From Verrucomicrobiia bacterium (GTDB lineage: Bacteria; Verrucomicrobiota; Verrucomicrobiia; Verrucomicrobiales; DEV007): 64,000 nt of DNA. This document shows, piece by piece, positions 19,244 through 29,480 of the stretch; the stretch's first letter is position 1; every line of letters begins with the position of its first letter. The position numbers and the translations under genes are program-made. The DNA lies in NCBI GenBank assembly GCA_020439945.1, contig JAGRPB010000004.1, positions 10,307-74,306 of the forward strand, read 5' to 3'. The notes below the pieces were generated by a model. The model saw only the letters and a list, made by a program, of their open reading frames with translations. It did not search any database and was not told the origin of the DNA.

Positions 19244-20465
19244 GAAAACCACCCTGCCCCTTTTCCTGCTGACCGCGCTTTCAATCGTATCGATCGCATC
19301 CGATTCCGCGGCGGAGGAAAAAAAGAAATGGTCACCACCGCCGGCCATCGCTCTTGAGAAACTGATCCCGGAGAATCCCCAGGAAGCCGCCAAGATCATT
19401 CGTCAGAGCTGGGGCGAAAAGTCTTTCGCGTCGAACCAATCGAAAGTGCTCGAAAAGACGACCGCTCTCTGGGTCGGGCAGGCCGACTCGCCGATCGAGG
19501 TGGTCCGGCTCGATACGGGCGAGACTCTCGGCAGGATGACCGATCTCGGTGGATTCCAGGCGCTCGCGAAGACCCTGCCGAATTGTCAGTGGTTCGACTA
19601 CGAACTGCGCGCCGATGGCAAGAAGATCGGAGGCGGGAACCTGAAGATCGAGTACTACGACTACACCCCGGATTCCCTGGAAAAGCCGGACGTGCCCAAA
19701 GGCACCGTGACCCAGCATGAATGGAAGGATTCGAAGATCTTTCCCGGCACTTCCCGCGAGTATGTCGTCTACGTGCCCGCCCAGTACGACGGCACGAAAC
19801 CGGCCGCGCTGATGGTCTTTCAGGACGGTCTCCGTCATGCCGATCCGAATACGAGTAACGGCCTGCACGCCACCACCGTGTTGGACAACCTGATCGCCGC
19901 CGGCGACATCCCGGTCACGGTCGGCGTTTTCATCAATCCCGGTCGCAACGCCAACCAGAAACCCGACGCCAAACCGGGCAACCGCAGCTTTGAATACGAC
20001 TCGCTCGGGGACGCCTACGTTCGCTTCCTGCTCGAAGAGATCATTCCCGCGGTCGAGAAAGAGCACGATGTGAAACTGAGCGACGACCCGAAGCTGCGCG
20101 CCATTTCCGGTGGCTCGAGTGGTTGCGCCTGCGCTTGGACCGCCGCCTGGGAGCGGCCCGACCAGTTCGGCAAGGTACTGGGTTGGGTCGGCACCTTCAC
20201 CAACATCCGGGGCGCGAACATTTACCCTTCTCTCGTTCGCAAGACCGAGCGGAAACCCATCCGCGCCGCCCTGCTCGACGGTCACAACGACGTCGTCAAC
20301 CAGTTCGGCAGTTGGCCCCTGGCCAACCAACAGATGGAAGCCGCGCTCAAGTTTTCGAACTACGACTACCGCTACTGGTGGGGCGACGGCTTTCACGGCA
20401 GCACCTACGCGGCCGCGATGTTGCCGGAAATGATGCGCTGGCTGTGGAGCGACGTGAAAGGGTGA
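19242..20465 (+). CDS. Secreted esterase (putative esterase / enterochelin-esterase-like alpha/beta hydrolase)
   Basis: Start at the ATG at 19242 gives signal peptide MKTTLPLFLLTALSIVSIA. Motifs YVVYVPAQYDG and nucleophile elbow GGSSG. Confidence 0.82.
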   Translation: MKTTLPLFLLTALSIVSIASDSAAEEKKKWSPPPAIALEKLIPENPQEAAKIIRQSWGEKSFASNQSKVLEKTTALWVGQADSPIEVVRLDTGETLGRMTDLGGFQALAKTLPNCQWFDYELRADGKKIGGGNLKIEYYDYTPDSLEKPDVPKGTVTQHEWKDSKIFPGTSREYVVYVPAQYDGTKPAALMVFQDGLRHADPNTSNGLHATTVLDNLIAAGDIPVTVGVFINPGRNANQKPDAKPGNRSFEYDSLGDAYVRFLLEEIIPAVEKEHDVKLSDDPKLRAISGGSSGCACAWTAAWERPDQFGKVLGWVGTFTNIRGANIYPSLVRKTERKPIRAALLDGHNDVVNQFGSWPLANQQMEAALKFSNYDYRYWWGDGFHGSTYAAAMLPEMMRWLWSDVKG

Positions 20466-21224
20466 TCAGCGCGCCTTGATGAGCGACATCCATGCCCAGC
20501 GTCTGGCGAAGGGTATCACGGTGAAGAGGAGCCGATCACAGAAATGGCCGATCGCCCGCACCGGCTTGAACAGCGGCGTGTTGATGAAAGGAACGGCGGC
20601 GAAGGTGAACAGGTGAAAGAAGCCAATCTCGGTTTCGGGGAAGTATTCGCTGATCAACTTCAGATCGCTCATCATCAACGGATGCTCGTCCACCGTTCTC
20701 ATCTGAGGCGTCAGCTTTCGATAGAGATTGATGCAGGGGTTGTGCCCCAGAGGTTCGGTGAAAACCAGCATGCCGCCCGGCCGCAGCACGCGCCGCATCT
20801 CGGCCAGCGTCTGATCGAGATTGAGGTGATGAAGGATCGAACTGCCGAAAATCAGATCGAACGAATCATCCTCGAACTTCAGATCCTCGCAATTCATCTC
20901 CAGGAAATCGATCTCGACGCCGAGACCCGCCGCCTTCTTTTTCGACATCTCGATGGCCACCGGCGAAAGATCGATCGCGGTGGCTGACCGAGTCACCGGT
21001 GCCGCATCGTAGATGTAGCCGTAGGGACCGCAGCCGAATTCGAGCACATCCGCGTCCTTCACATTGGCTTCCAGGGTGGCCACATACTGATCGTACTCGA
21101 TCCGGGTGAGCGCGTAGTACTTTGCCGCCGACATCCGAAGATCGGAACTGAACGCCTCGTCATGAAAATCCTGCTCACGCTGAAGACGAGAGGAGACCGG
21201 TTCAGGAGCAATCAATGTTTCCAT
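20466..21224 (-). CDS. Class I SAM-dependent methyltransferase
   Basis: Motif I VLEFGCGPYG and post-motif LRPGGMLVFTEP. Start placed at the ATG at 21224 just downstream of AT-rich DNA; the track start at 21377 is possible but less likely. Confidence 0.8.
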   Translation of the reverse strand: METLIAPEPVSSRLQREQDFHDEAFSSDLRMSAAKYYALTRIEYDQYVATLEANVKDADVLEFGCGPYGYIYDAAPVTRSATAIDLSPVAIEMSKKKAAGLGVEIDFLEMNCEDLKFEDDSFDLIFGSSILHHLNLDQTLAEMRRVLRPGGMLVFTEPLGHNPCINLYRKLTPQMRTVDEHPLMMSDLKLISEYFPETEIGFFHLFTFAAVPFINTPLFKPVRAIGHFCDRLLFTVIPFARRWAWMSLIKAR

Positions 21225-21456
21225 AATTTTTATATTCTCACTGATTTTGAGGTAAAATGCAACTCTTTCAGCCACGATCCGGAAGGGTTCACTCATCCTC
21301 GGGTAATTCCTTCGCGACGAAGTCACTTGGGCGAACGCTTCGATCGGCCGTTGCCCCTCGAGGTAACAGGGTAGCATTCATGACCTAAGAGGGTTCACCC
21401 GGTGGCCAACGCACCTTTTCATTGAGCGCCGCGCGCCTTCCGGCTACGGTCAAAGC

Positions 21457-22041
21457 ATGGCCGAAGTTCCTTCCACTTTCCGACTCGAACGCGGTGCTGC
21501 GGCGCCGGATTTCTCGCTCGTCGACGGGCATGGCAATGCCTACTCGCTCGCCCAGATCGCCAGCGAGCGGAGGGCGGTCGTCATCGCCTTTGTGTGCAAT
21601 CACTGTCCGTTCGTGATTCACCTGGCTGACGCGCTCGGTGCCTGCGCGCGGGAATACCTGGCCAAGGGGGTGCAATTCGTCGCCGTCAACGCGAACGATG
21701 TTGCCAACTATCCCGACGACGCTCCGGAGAAAATGCCGGCCTTTGCCCAATCGCACAGTTGGGATTTTCCCTATCTCTACGACGAATCGCAGGAGGTCGC
21801 GAAAGCCTACGCGGCGGCCTGCACGCCAGATTTCTACGTGTTCGACGGCGACCTGAAACTGGCCTACGCGGGGCAGTTCGACAGCACGCGTCCGGGACGG
21901 GGCGACGAGATCACCGGCGCGGACCTGCGTGCGGCGATCGACGCAGTGCTGGAATCAGGCGAGGGTCCCGCTCAGCCCTGGCAGCCCAGTTCCGGCTGCA
22001 ACATCAAGTGGAAAGCGGGCAATGCCCCTGACTACTTCTGA
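21457..22041 (+). CDS. Thioredoxin-fold (AhpC/TSA-like) thiol-disulfide oxidoreductase
   Basis: 194 aa with redox motif CNHCPF in the context VVIAFVCNHCPFV. Confidence 0.85.
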   Translation: MAEVPSTFRLERGAAAPDFSLVDGHGNAYSLAQIASERRAVVIAFVCNHCPFVIHLADALGACAREYLAKGVQFVAVNANDVANYPDDAPEKMPAFAQSHSWDFPYLYDESQEVAKAYAAACTPDFYVFDGDLKLAYAGQFDSTRPGRGDEITGADLRAAIDAVLESGEGPAQPWQPSSGCNIKWKAGNAPDYF

Positions 22042-22061
22042 ACCGGCTTTCGAATAGTGCC

Positions 22062-23207
22062 TCAACTGGAGAGTCCGGGACACTCGTGCTCCAGCCGGGA
22101 GAGGCACTCGTTGTTCACGAAACGCTCCCGCCAGCGATTCTTGACGCCCTTGAGTCCGTAGACGGTCGAATAGGCGGCGAGAAGCGGGAGATTTCCCAGG
22201 CGCTTGGGAATGACCCGGAAACGGGAGACTTCATAAAAGGTCTTTGCCCACCGGCTCTTGTAGGCTTCTTCCCCGCTGAGCAGATCAAAACGAAGCCTGC
22301 CACCGCCCATCCGATCGGCGCAATTGGAGAGGGTTTCGATGAGCAGATACCGGCCGGGTGACAGCTCGGAATTCTCCCCATCGTAAGCCGTGAGATAGTA
22401 GTAGTAGGTGCCTCCGGAGAAGTAGCCGAGATGAAAGGCGAATGGTTCCGTGCCGGGCCGCTCCCGCAGGGTCGAGATGAGCAGGGGGGCGTCGCGGTTC
22501 GCCTGTTGTTGGAGAAAAACCACGAAATCGAGGTCGGCGAAAATCGATTTTCCCTTTTTCCGATATTGGTTCGAGCGGTGCAAGTGGGCGATTTCTTCGA
22601 GGAGACGCAGATCGATTTCAGAGCCGAGTCGATGTTCGATGACATGCTCGGAAAATGCCTCCGACATTTTTCGGCGGGCCGCCTTGTAATCCTTTCGCTG
22701 ACGACTGCGAAGTGCCTCGATAAACTTGCCGGGACCTTTCACCTCGAACTCGGTCGCGGGGCAGACACTCCAGAACCGACTCCGAACCGACGCGACCTGG
22801 CTGAGTCGTTCGTCCACCAGCGCGGCGTGGAGCCGCGAATGCTCGGCGACTTTGGCGAAAGAGAGCGCCATGCCTTCCCCACCCTCGCGTTCGATGATGG
22901 CACTGATCAACGTCACGGCGACATCGGTGGAAACGGCCGCGATGTCCTGATAGTCCAGATGACGATCCGAGACGACGTGGAGAGTCTGGCCGTCCAGATA
23001 CATCGGCAGCAAGGCCACCAGATCACCGTCTTCGCGGAGTTCGTAAACCACGGGAGGAAACTCGAGAAAGGTGTCGAGCCAGGAGAGCCAGACATCGCCA
23101 CGGCAGAAAGGGGCCGCCACCGGACAACGCCGAGAAAACTGCAACCATTCGTCGCGACGTTTCGCGATCTGGTCGGAGTGATCAACACGATGAAGTTCGT
23201 AGGCCAT
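22062..23207 (-). CDS. GNAT-type acetyltransferase, CelD/BcsL-like (Acetyltransf_6)
   Basis: 381 aa. Its overall pattern and length match the CelD-like family. ATG at 23207. Confidence 0.7.
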   Translation of the reverse strand: MAYELHRVDHSDQIAKRRDEWLQFSRRCPVAAPFCRGDVWLSWLDTFLEFPPVVYELREDGDLVALLPMYLDGQTLHVVSDRHLDYQDIAAVSTDVAVTLISAIIEREGGEGMALSFAKVAEHSRLHAALVDERLSQVASVRSRFWSVCPATEFEVKGPGKFIEALRSRQRKDYKAARRKMSEAFSEHVIEHRLGSEIDLRLLEEIAHLHRSNQYRKKGKSIFADLDFVVFLQQQANRDAPLLISTLRERPGTEPFAFHLGYFSGGTYYYYLTAYDGENSELSPGRYLLIETLSNCADRMGGGRLRFDLLSGEEAYKSRWAKTFYEVSRFRVIPKRLGNLPLLAAYSTVYGLKGVKNRWRERFVNNECLSRLEHECPGLSS

Positions 23208-23397
23208 GCGCTCGCTCGGAAATTTAAGAAAACTACGTTATTTATGGTAATTATCAAACCTAATCACAAATCCGGCAACTATCCTTTCGCGAATTGAGCC
23301 GATGCGAATCCGAGCGGGCCATCCGGGGTCACGGTTCGAACCCGATTTCACTCAGCCGGTCTTGCGTTCGATCCGGGGGGCAGCGTAGACTTCGGCC

Positions 23398-23937
23398 ATG
23401 CGCTGCTTTCTTCGTACTTTGGCCGGATTGCTCATCCTGTTGATCGTCGTATTCGTTGCTCTTTACGCCCTGGCCCCCGCCGAGGTCCGCGTGGAGCGCT
23501 CCATCGTCATCGACGCCCCTCCGGAGGCGATTTTTCCCAAGGTGAACGATCTGAAAGCCTGGCGCACCTGGTCTCCCTGGATGCTCCGCGAGCCTGACAT
23601 GAAAAGCACCTACTCGGGACCCGAAACCGGTCTCGGAGCAAAAACCAGTTGGGAAAGTGAAACTCAAGGTTCGGGATCGCAGGTGATCACCGAAAGTGTG
23701 CCGAATGAGCGAATCGCCACGGCCCTCGATTTTGGAGGCATGGGAACCGCCACTTCCGATTGGAGCTTCGCGGCGGAGGGCGATGGCACCAAGGTGACCT
23801 GGGGCATGAATACCGGCCCTTCGAAGAATCCGATCAGCCGCCTTTTCAACCTCATGATGGACAAGATGGTCGGTCCCGATTACGAAAGCGGCCTGGCCAA
23901 CCTGAAGAAGGAAGTGGAAGCCTCGAAAGGCGGTTGA
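23398..23937 (+). CDS. SRPBCC (polyketide cyclase/dehydrase-like) family protein with an N-terminal TM anchor
   Basis: 179 aa with the typical start RVERSIVIDAPPEAIFPKVNDLKAWRTWSPW. Confidence 0.8.
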   Translation: MRCFLRTLAGLLILLIVVFVALYALAPAEVRVERSIVIDAPPEAIFPKVNDLKAWRTWSPWMLREPDMKSTYSGPETGLGAKTSWESETQGSGSQVITESVPNERIATALDFGGMGTATSDWSFAAEGDGTKVTWGMNTGPSKNPISRLFNLMMDKMVGPDYESGLANLKKEVEASKGG

Positions 23938-23991
23938 GGTGCTTTCGCACCCTTGTTGATCCCTCCTCTCTCCTTTCCGTCTCCGATTCGC

Positions 23992-25482
23992 ATGAGCCGA
24001 CGCCACGTTCTCGCCCTGGACCAGGGAACCACCAGTTCGCGGGCCATTGTTTTCGATGAGCGCGGCCAGATCGTCTCGCTGGCGCAGCGGGAATTTCGAC
24101 AGATCTTTCCGAAGCCCGGATGGGTGGAGCACGATCCGGAAGAGATCTGGGAAAGCCAACTCGCCACCGCGCGCGAGGCGTTGGAAAAATCCGGGCTGTC
24201 CGTTTCCGAGATCGCCGGGATCGGCATCACCAACCAGCGGGAAACCACGCTGATCTGGGACCGCAAAACCGGCGAACCGATCATGAACGCCATCGTCTGG
24301 CAGGATCGCCGGACGGCCGATTTCTGCCAGGAACTTCGCCAGGGAGCGGACGCCAAGCGCATTCAGGACACGACCGGACTGGTGATCGACGCCTACTTTT
24401 CCGGGTCGAAGGTTCGCTGGATGCTCGACCATGTGGACGGCGCCCGCGAGCGAGCCGAGGCGGGAGAACTGGCCTTCGGAACGATCGACAGTTGGCTGGT
24501 CTGGAAACTGACCGGCGGGCGCGAACACCTGACGGATGTCTCCAACGCCAGCCGGACTTTGCTGCTGAATCTCGGGTCGCTGACCTGGGACGACGACATG
24601 CTGGGACTGTTCGACATCCCGGCAGCGATGCTTCCCAAACTCCGTCCCAACAGCGGAGAAATCGCCGAAACCGATCCGGAAATCTTTGGCGAGTCGCTGC
24701 CCATCGCCGGGATGGCGGGCGATCAACACGCCGCGCTTTTCGGCCAGGCCTGCCACGAAACGGGGATGGCCAAGAACACCTACGGAACCGGGTGTTTCAT
24801 GCTCATGAATACGGGCACCAATCCGGTTCGCTCGAAGCACAAACTGCTCTCGACGCTCGCGTGGCAGATCGGCGATCGGGTCGAATACGCGCTCGAAGGC
24901 AGCATCTTCATCGCCGGGGCCGTCGTCCAGTGGCTGCGGGACCAACTGGGCATCATCGAGAATTCCAGCGACATCGAAGCGATGGCGAGGTCGGTCGAAA
25001 GCAGCGACGGCGTCTACTTCGTTCCGGCCTTCGCGGGATTGGGCGCGCCGCATTGGGATCCGCATGCCCGGGGGACCATTACCGGTCTGACTCGCGGCAC
25101 GACCAGAGGGCACCTCGCCCGCGCCGCCCTGGAGGGAATCGCCTTTCAAAGTTACGACGTTCTCCACGCCATGACCGCCGACTCGGGCATCGATCTGGCG
25201 GAGTTGCGGGTCGATGGCGGCGCCTCGATGAATCCGCTGCTGATGCAATTCCAGGCCGACCTCCTCGGCGTGCCGGTGGTGCGTCCGACCATTTCCGAGA
25301 CCACCGCTCTCGGCGCGGCTTACTTCGCCGGCCTGGCAACGGGCGTGTGGAAGGATCAGAAGGAAATCGCGGAATATTGGACCGAGGACATTCGCTTCGA
25401 ACCGCAGAAATCGAGCGGGGAAATGCAGTCGATCATCGACGGATGGCAGGATGCGGTGGAGCGAACTCGTTCCCGCGATTGA
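23992..25482 (+). CDS. glpK: Glycerol kinase
   Basis: Start at the ATG at 23992. Motifs [15 protein letters not shown] and [11 protein letters not shown]; FGGY-kinase length (496 aa). Confidence 0.95.
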   Translation: MSRRHVLALDQGTTSSRAIVFDERGQIVSLAQREFRQIFPKPGWVEHDPEEIWESQLATAREALEKSGLSVSEIAGIGITNQRETTLIWDRKTGEPIMNAIVWQDRRTADFCQELRQGADAKRIQDTTGLVIDAYFSGSKVRWMLDHVDGARERAEAGELAFGTIDSWLVWKLTGGREHLTDVSNASRTLLLNLGSLTWDDDMLGLFDIPAAMLPKLRPNSGEIAETDPEIFGESLPIAGMAGDQHAALFGQACHETGMAKNTYGTGCFMLMNTGTNPVRSKHKLLSTLAWQIGDRVEYALEGSIFIAGAVVQWLRDQLGIIENSSDIEAMARSVESSDGVYFVPAFAGLGAPHWDPHARGTITGLTRGTTRGHLARAALEGIAFQSYDVLHAMTADSGIDLAELRVDGGASMNPLLMQFQADLLGVPVVRPTISETTALGAAYFAGLATGVWKDQKEIAEYWTEDIRFEPQKSSGEMQSIIDGWQDAVERTRSRD

Positions 25483-25494
25483 GTGCGGTGTTTT

Positions 25495-26697
25495 TCAGAG
25501 ACCCAACAGCGGCGCGGGCACCAGAAACGCGTGTTGCTCCAGCAGGCTGAACGAACCGTGCCAGCTGAGGTATTGCGTCGCCCAGACGAAGAAGGCATAG
25601 GCCACCACCACGGGAATCGCCGCCAACCGGCTGAACCAGCGAAACACCCAATGCCGTGGCAACTCGCGACGGGTTCCGCGATTCAGCGCCCAGCCCACCA
25701 GCAGGCGAGCCGGAAAAATGAAAACCACGAACAGCAGGGCCGGGAGCCAGGCCACTTCGCGGGGAGTCAGTTCGATCTTCAGCAGGTAGAGCGGCAGCGC
25801 AAACAGGACCGTGATGAACAGCGCGAACCAGAACGCGATCGGAGCGCGGGAAAAAAACTGGCGCACTTCCTTGATCCGGAACATCACCTCGAAGCGCTCG
25901 GTTCGGGCAAAATGCGCCTGCAGGAAAGGCAGGTAGAGCACGGCAATCATCAGGAGCCCGGCGCCCAGGAGGCTGGTCAGGGCCGCGAGACCGTCATTCC
26001 GAATCTGGGAAGCCGCCATCAGGATTCCCACGGGAATCGCCAGCCACATCACGGCCGAGACGAAACCACGAAATCCGAGCCAGAAGTAGTGAGGCAACCG
26101 GAGACCGGCGACCCAGTCACCGACTCGATCTCCCATTTCGTGGAGAGCCGACAGACGCGGATGCCGTAAGGCGCGAAAGGCACGAACCGGCGCGGGCCAG
26201 AGAAAATGCCGCAAACGCCCCCCCCGAACGCAGGCCCACGCGATCTGGGCGAGACCGGCGACAGTCAGAACGATCAGGGCGACGCGCCAACCCTTCGCCA
26301 CCTGACTTCCCGCCGAGATCAGTTCCGCGTCGTTCCAGTAGCTGGCCGCGATCTGTGCCGGTAACAGAACCAGCCATCCCCCGATCACCACACTGCCGAG
26401 CACCGATGCCTTGCGGACACCGACGAACCCGTCGCGAAAACGTCCCGTCCGAGCCACTCGTCCGCTGGCTTCGAGGAGGTAGCCAAGGCTGAACAGATTC
26501 AGCACTGGAACAACCGAGAGAACCGCCAGGCCGACGACGATGGCACCCAGGCCGAAAACCCAGTCCAGCGCCGACTTCAACTTGTTCCAGCAACCTCGTG
26601 GAAAGGGCTCGCGCCGCGTTTTACCCTCCGGCGGTTCCACCACGGAGGTCGATTCCGAGGCGACCGTTGGATCCGTGGTGGTGGCGATGGGAGGCAT
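25495..26697 (-). CDS. Multi-pass integral membrane protein, hypothetical
   Basis: 400 aa with about 9-10 hydrophobic helices. No catalytic motif recognised. Confidence 0.7.
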   Translation of the reverse strand: MPPIATTTDPTVASESTSVVEPPEGKTRREPFPRGCWNKLKSALDWVFGLGAIVVGLAVLSVVPVLNLFSLGYLLEASGRVARTGRFRDGFVGVRKASVLGSVVIGGWLVLLPAQIAASYWNDAELISAGSQVAKGWRVALIVLTVAGLAQIAWACVRGGRLRHFLWPAPVRAFRALRHPRLSALHEMGDRVGDWVAGLRLPHYFWLGFRGFVSAVMWLAIPVGILMAASQIRNDGLAALTSLLGAGLLMIAVLYLPFLQAHFARTERFEVMFRIKEVRQFFSRAPIAFWFALFITVLFALPLYLLKIELTPREVAWLPALLFVVFIFPARLLVGWALNRGTRRELPRHWVFRWFSRLAAIPVVVAYAFFVWATQYLSWHGSFSLLEQHAFLVPAPLLGL

Positions 26698-26794
26698 GAT
26701 TTCGAAACGGCGTTGAGCGGGCGTCGTTTCGAAAAGACGGAGGCGAATCGAGATCGGTTACACGCACGCCTTCACCATCGCCGAAAACAGCGCG

Positions 26795-28081
26795 TCACTT
26801 CACGTGCCGGTCGGCGAAGTCGAGATAGCGTGTCCAGTCGAAGTCAGTGACGTCGTGTTTTCCCGTGCGCATGTGGTAACTGATCGTTTCGCCGACGGGT
26901 TGATCGACGGGCGGCATCTCATCGACGCCGACCCCTTTTTTTCCGAACAATTCCCACGCCGGGCTGGCGAATTTCGCGGAAAGAAACTCGCCATGGGGAT
27001 CGGCCCACTCATCACCTTCGGCACTCGCGACACAGAGCGGGCGCGGCGCCATCAGGGCGAGCAGCTCGTGCTGATCGATCGGCAGATCACCGACCCGGTC
27101 ATTGTATTCCGGGAAACGATCGTTGAACCAGTGCGGAAAACTCGTGTTGATCCGTTTCACCGTTTCGCCGAACTGGCGTCGACTCAATGCCGCGCCGCCG
27201 CAACCCGAGTCATTCGAGATCACCATGGCGAAGCGTTCGTCCTGTGCTCCCGCCCAAAGCGCGGTTTTGCCGAGCCGGGAATGCCCGAAAACCATCACCT
27301 TGGTTCCGTCGATCTGGGCGTCGAGTTCGAGGTAATCGAGCGCCTTTTCCAATCCCCACGCCCAGGTTCCGATCGATCCCCACTCGCCCTCCTTCGGTTT
27401 TCCGAAAACCGCGTGGACGCCGTTCTCGAATCCGTCGTCGAAGTCCGGATCGATGTCGCCGTAGTACATGGTCGCCAGCGCATAGCCGCGATCGATGATC
27501 ATTTCCACCGGCCAGCGAGCCGACGCCGCGCCACGTGAGGCTTCAGTGGCCTGATGATCGACCACCCTGCCCTCCTTGTCCGGACGCATCCAACTCTTCG
27601 AGAGCGTGATGCGCGGGTCGGGATGAATGGACTGGTTTCCCTTGAAGTTCAGCCCCAGGAAAGCCGGAACCGGTTTACCCATCGCCTCCTTCGGCGCAAT
27701 CACCAGGAGATGCAACGTGGGCCCGTCCTCACGATCGGGAAAAGACAGGCTCACTTCCTTCATCGACGCCTTGCCACCGAGGAAATCGGTCACCGCCTGG
27801 GTCACGTCGATCTTCAGTTTGACCTTCTCAGCCGCCTCGGGAGTGCGACCGTAAACGTAATCGGCGAAGAGATTGAGCAATTCCTGGCGACGTTTCGTCC
27901 ACTGCGCCTCGTTGCGCACCGTCTTCCCGTCCTCGAATCTCAACAACTCGGGCAGGACGTAGTCGGGCACCTTCGATTCATCGTAGTTCGCCTCTTCCTG
28001 TCCGAGGGCGACGGATGAAAGGAGGAAAGCGATCGCGGCGAAGCTCGACACCGGTTTGAGGAAAGGCGGGAGTTTCTTCAT
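26795..28081 (-). CDS. Glucuronoyl esterase (carbohydrate esterase family 15)-like
   Basis: Signal peptide, then the CE15 nucleophile context VFGHSRLGKTALWAGAQDERF. Confidence 0.82.
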   Translation of the reverse strand: MKKLPPFLKPVSSFAAIAFLLSSVALGQEEANYDESKVPDYVLPELLRFEDGKTVRNEAQWTKRRQELLNLFADYVYGRTPEAAEKVKLKIDVTQAVTDFLGGKASMKEVSLSFPDREDGPTLHLLVIAPKEAMGKPVPAFLGLNFKGNQSIHPDPRITLSKSWMRPDKEGRVVDHQATEASRGAASARWPVEMIIDRGYALATMYYGDIDPDFDDGFENGVHAVFGKPKEGEWGSIGTWAWGLEKALDYLELDAQIDGTKVMVFGHSRLGKTALWAGAQDERFAMVISNDSGCGGAALSRRQFGETVKRINTSFPHWFNDRFPEYNDRVGDLPIDQHELLALMAPRPLCVASAEGDEWADPHGEFLSAKFASPAWELFGKKGVGVDEMPPVDQPVGETISYHMRTGKHDVTDFDWTRYLDFADRHVK

Positions 28082-28212
28082 GCCCTCACCCTACCCCGGC
28101 GCGGCCCGGACGCGCAACCGGCAAGCGCCCCGCGAATCCGTCGCAACCCGTTCCGCAATCCACTTGCTTCCAATGTCCGGCCATCCTTTGGTAACGGCAG
28201 CCCCTCCGGTCG

Positions 28213-29430
28213 ATGAACGTCTCCCCTGCTTCCGCCCGCCTTCGCGTCACGCTTCTCGTCGCGGTCCTGCTCGCCTTTCCCTTCGCCGCCCGGGCGCACA
28301 AGGTATCGGCCGTATCGGTGGTGTCCGATTTTGATACCAAGACCAAAGCCTTCAAAGTCGAACTGGCGATGGACGTCGATCCCTCGGGCGATCCGACGCT
28401 CGACGACCAGGTGCCACCCGATCAGGCGGCCCGTGTCTTCGCCACCGAAGCCCTGACGATTTACTTCGATGATCAGCCGATGAAACTGGAGCCGGAGATC
28501 CGGATCATCACCGCCTCGGACGAAGACACGCCCGCGGAGCTGACCCGGAAAAAGGTCATCGGCACCCTGAGAGGCACCGTTCCCGATGGCGCGGAAAATT
28601 TTCTCCTCCACGTCAACGAGACGACGAGCGCGGCCGTGGTCATGGTAACGGTGAAGGACGGGAAACCGGCGCGACGCCTGCAGGTGCTCTACCCGGGAGA
28701 GTTCAGCAACCCGGTTAGCCTGGCGCCCGTCATTGCCGGCGATCCCTTCACGGAAAACGAAAAGGAGAAAGCGAACAACGAATCCGGAAAATCCGACTCC
28801 GAGACCCCGGGAAGCCCGGCGGCGGAACCGGAACCGGCACCCGAGGATTCCCCACCCTCTGTGCCGGTCAAAAATCCCGGTCTGGGTCACTGGCTTGGCC
28901 GCGGATTTCTCGCCATCCTGCCGTCGGGAATCGATTACTGGCTCTTCATGCTCGCGATGTTCACCCTGAGTCTGCGCGCGAAGCCGCTCGGTTGGCAGGT
29001 CGGGCTCTACACCATCGCCCACTCCCTCACCCTGGCCCTCGGGGCCTTCGGCCTGGTGAAAATCTCGCCCCACGTCGTCGTCGCGGTCGTCGCCATCAGC
29101 GCGCTCTATCCCGCTCTCGAGAATCTCTTCATCAACGAGCTGAAACCGTGGCGTGGCGCGGCCGTCCTTGTTTTCGGTCTCTTCCACGGCCTCGGACTGG
29201 CGAATCTCCTGTGGAGCGGCGAACCGCGGCTCAGCGGCATTCTCACCGCTCTCATGGGATTCAATCTCGGAGTCGAATTCGCCCAATTGGCCGTGCTGGT
29301 GATCTGCTCGATCGTCGCCGTGGCATTGGCGAAGCGCACCTGGTTTCGGCACGCCGTTGTGGTCCCTCTCTGCGTCGTCATCGCGGGAATCTCCCTGTTT
29401 CGATTCATCGACGTTCTCTGGCTGAATTGA
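28213..29430 (+). CDS. HupE/UreJ-like membrane protein with an N-terminal periplasmic domain
   Basis: Signal peptide, ~190-aa soluble domain and acidic Pro-rich linker. The C-terminal 6-TM region has motifs TIAHSLTL and FGLFHGLGLAN. Confidence 0.72.
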   Translation: MNVSPASARLRVTLLVAVLLAFPFAARAHKVSAVSVVSDFDTKTKAFKVELAMDVDPSGDPTLDDQVPPDQAARVFATEALTIYFDDQPMKLEPEIRIITASDEDTPAELTRKKVIGTLRGTVPDGAENFLLHVNETTSAAVVMVTVKDGKPARRLQVLYPGEFSNPVSLAPVIAGDPFTENEKEKANNESGKSDSETPGSPAAEPEPAPEDSPPSVPVKNPGLGHWLGRGFLAILPSGIDYWLFMLAMFTLSLRAKPLGWQVGLYTIAHSLTLALGAFGLVKISPHVVVAVVAISALYPALENLFINELKPWRGAAVLVFGLFHGLGLANLLWSGEPRLSGILTALMGFNLGVEFAQLAVLVICSIVAVALAKRTWFRHAVVVPLCVVIAGISLFRFIDVLWLN

Positions 29431-29480
29431 CCAGCGATGTAACCGGCACGCAATCGGCTTCGTCTTTACCCGGCAATGCC

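Noticed and set aside
23329-25248. 639-aa minus-strand ORF opposite SRPBCC and glpK
   Set aside because: Antisense artefact. glpK on the plus strand is unambiguous.
28992-29480. 163-codon N-terminal extension of the alpha/beta hydrolase ORF, which overlaps the HupE-like gene
   Set aside because: The extension is Arg/Pro-rich out-of-frame read-through of the upstream gene. The ATG at 29481 gives a clean signal peptide.
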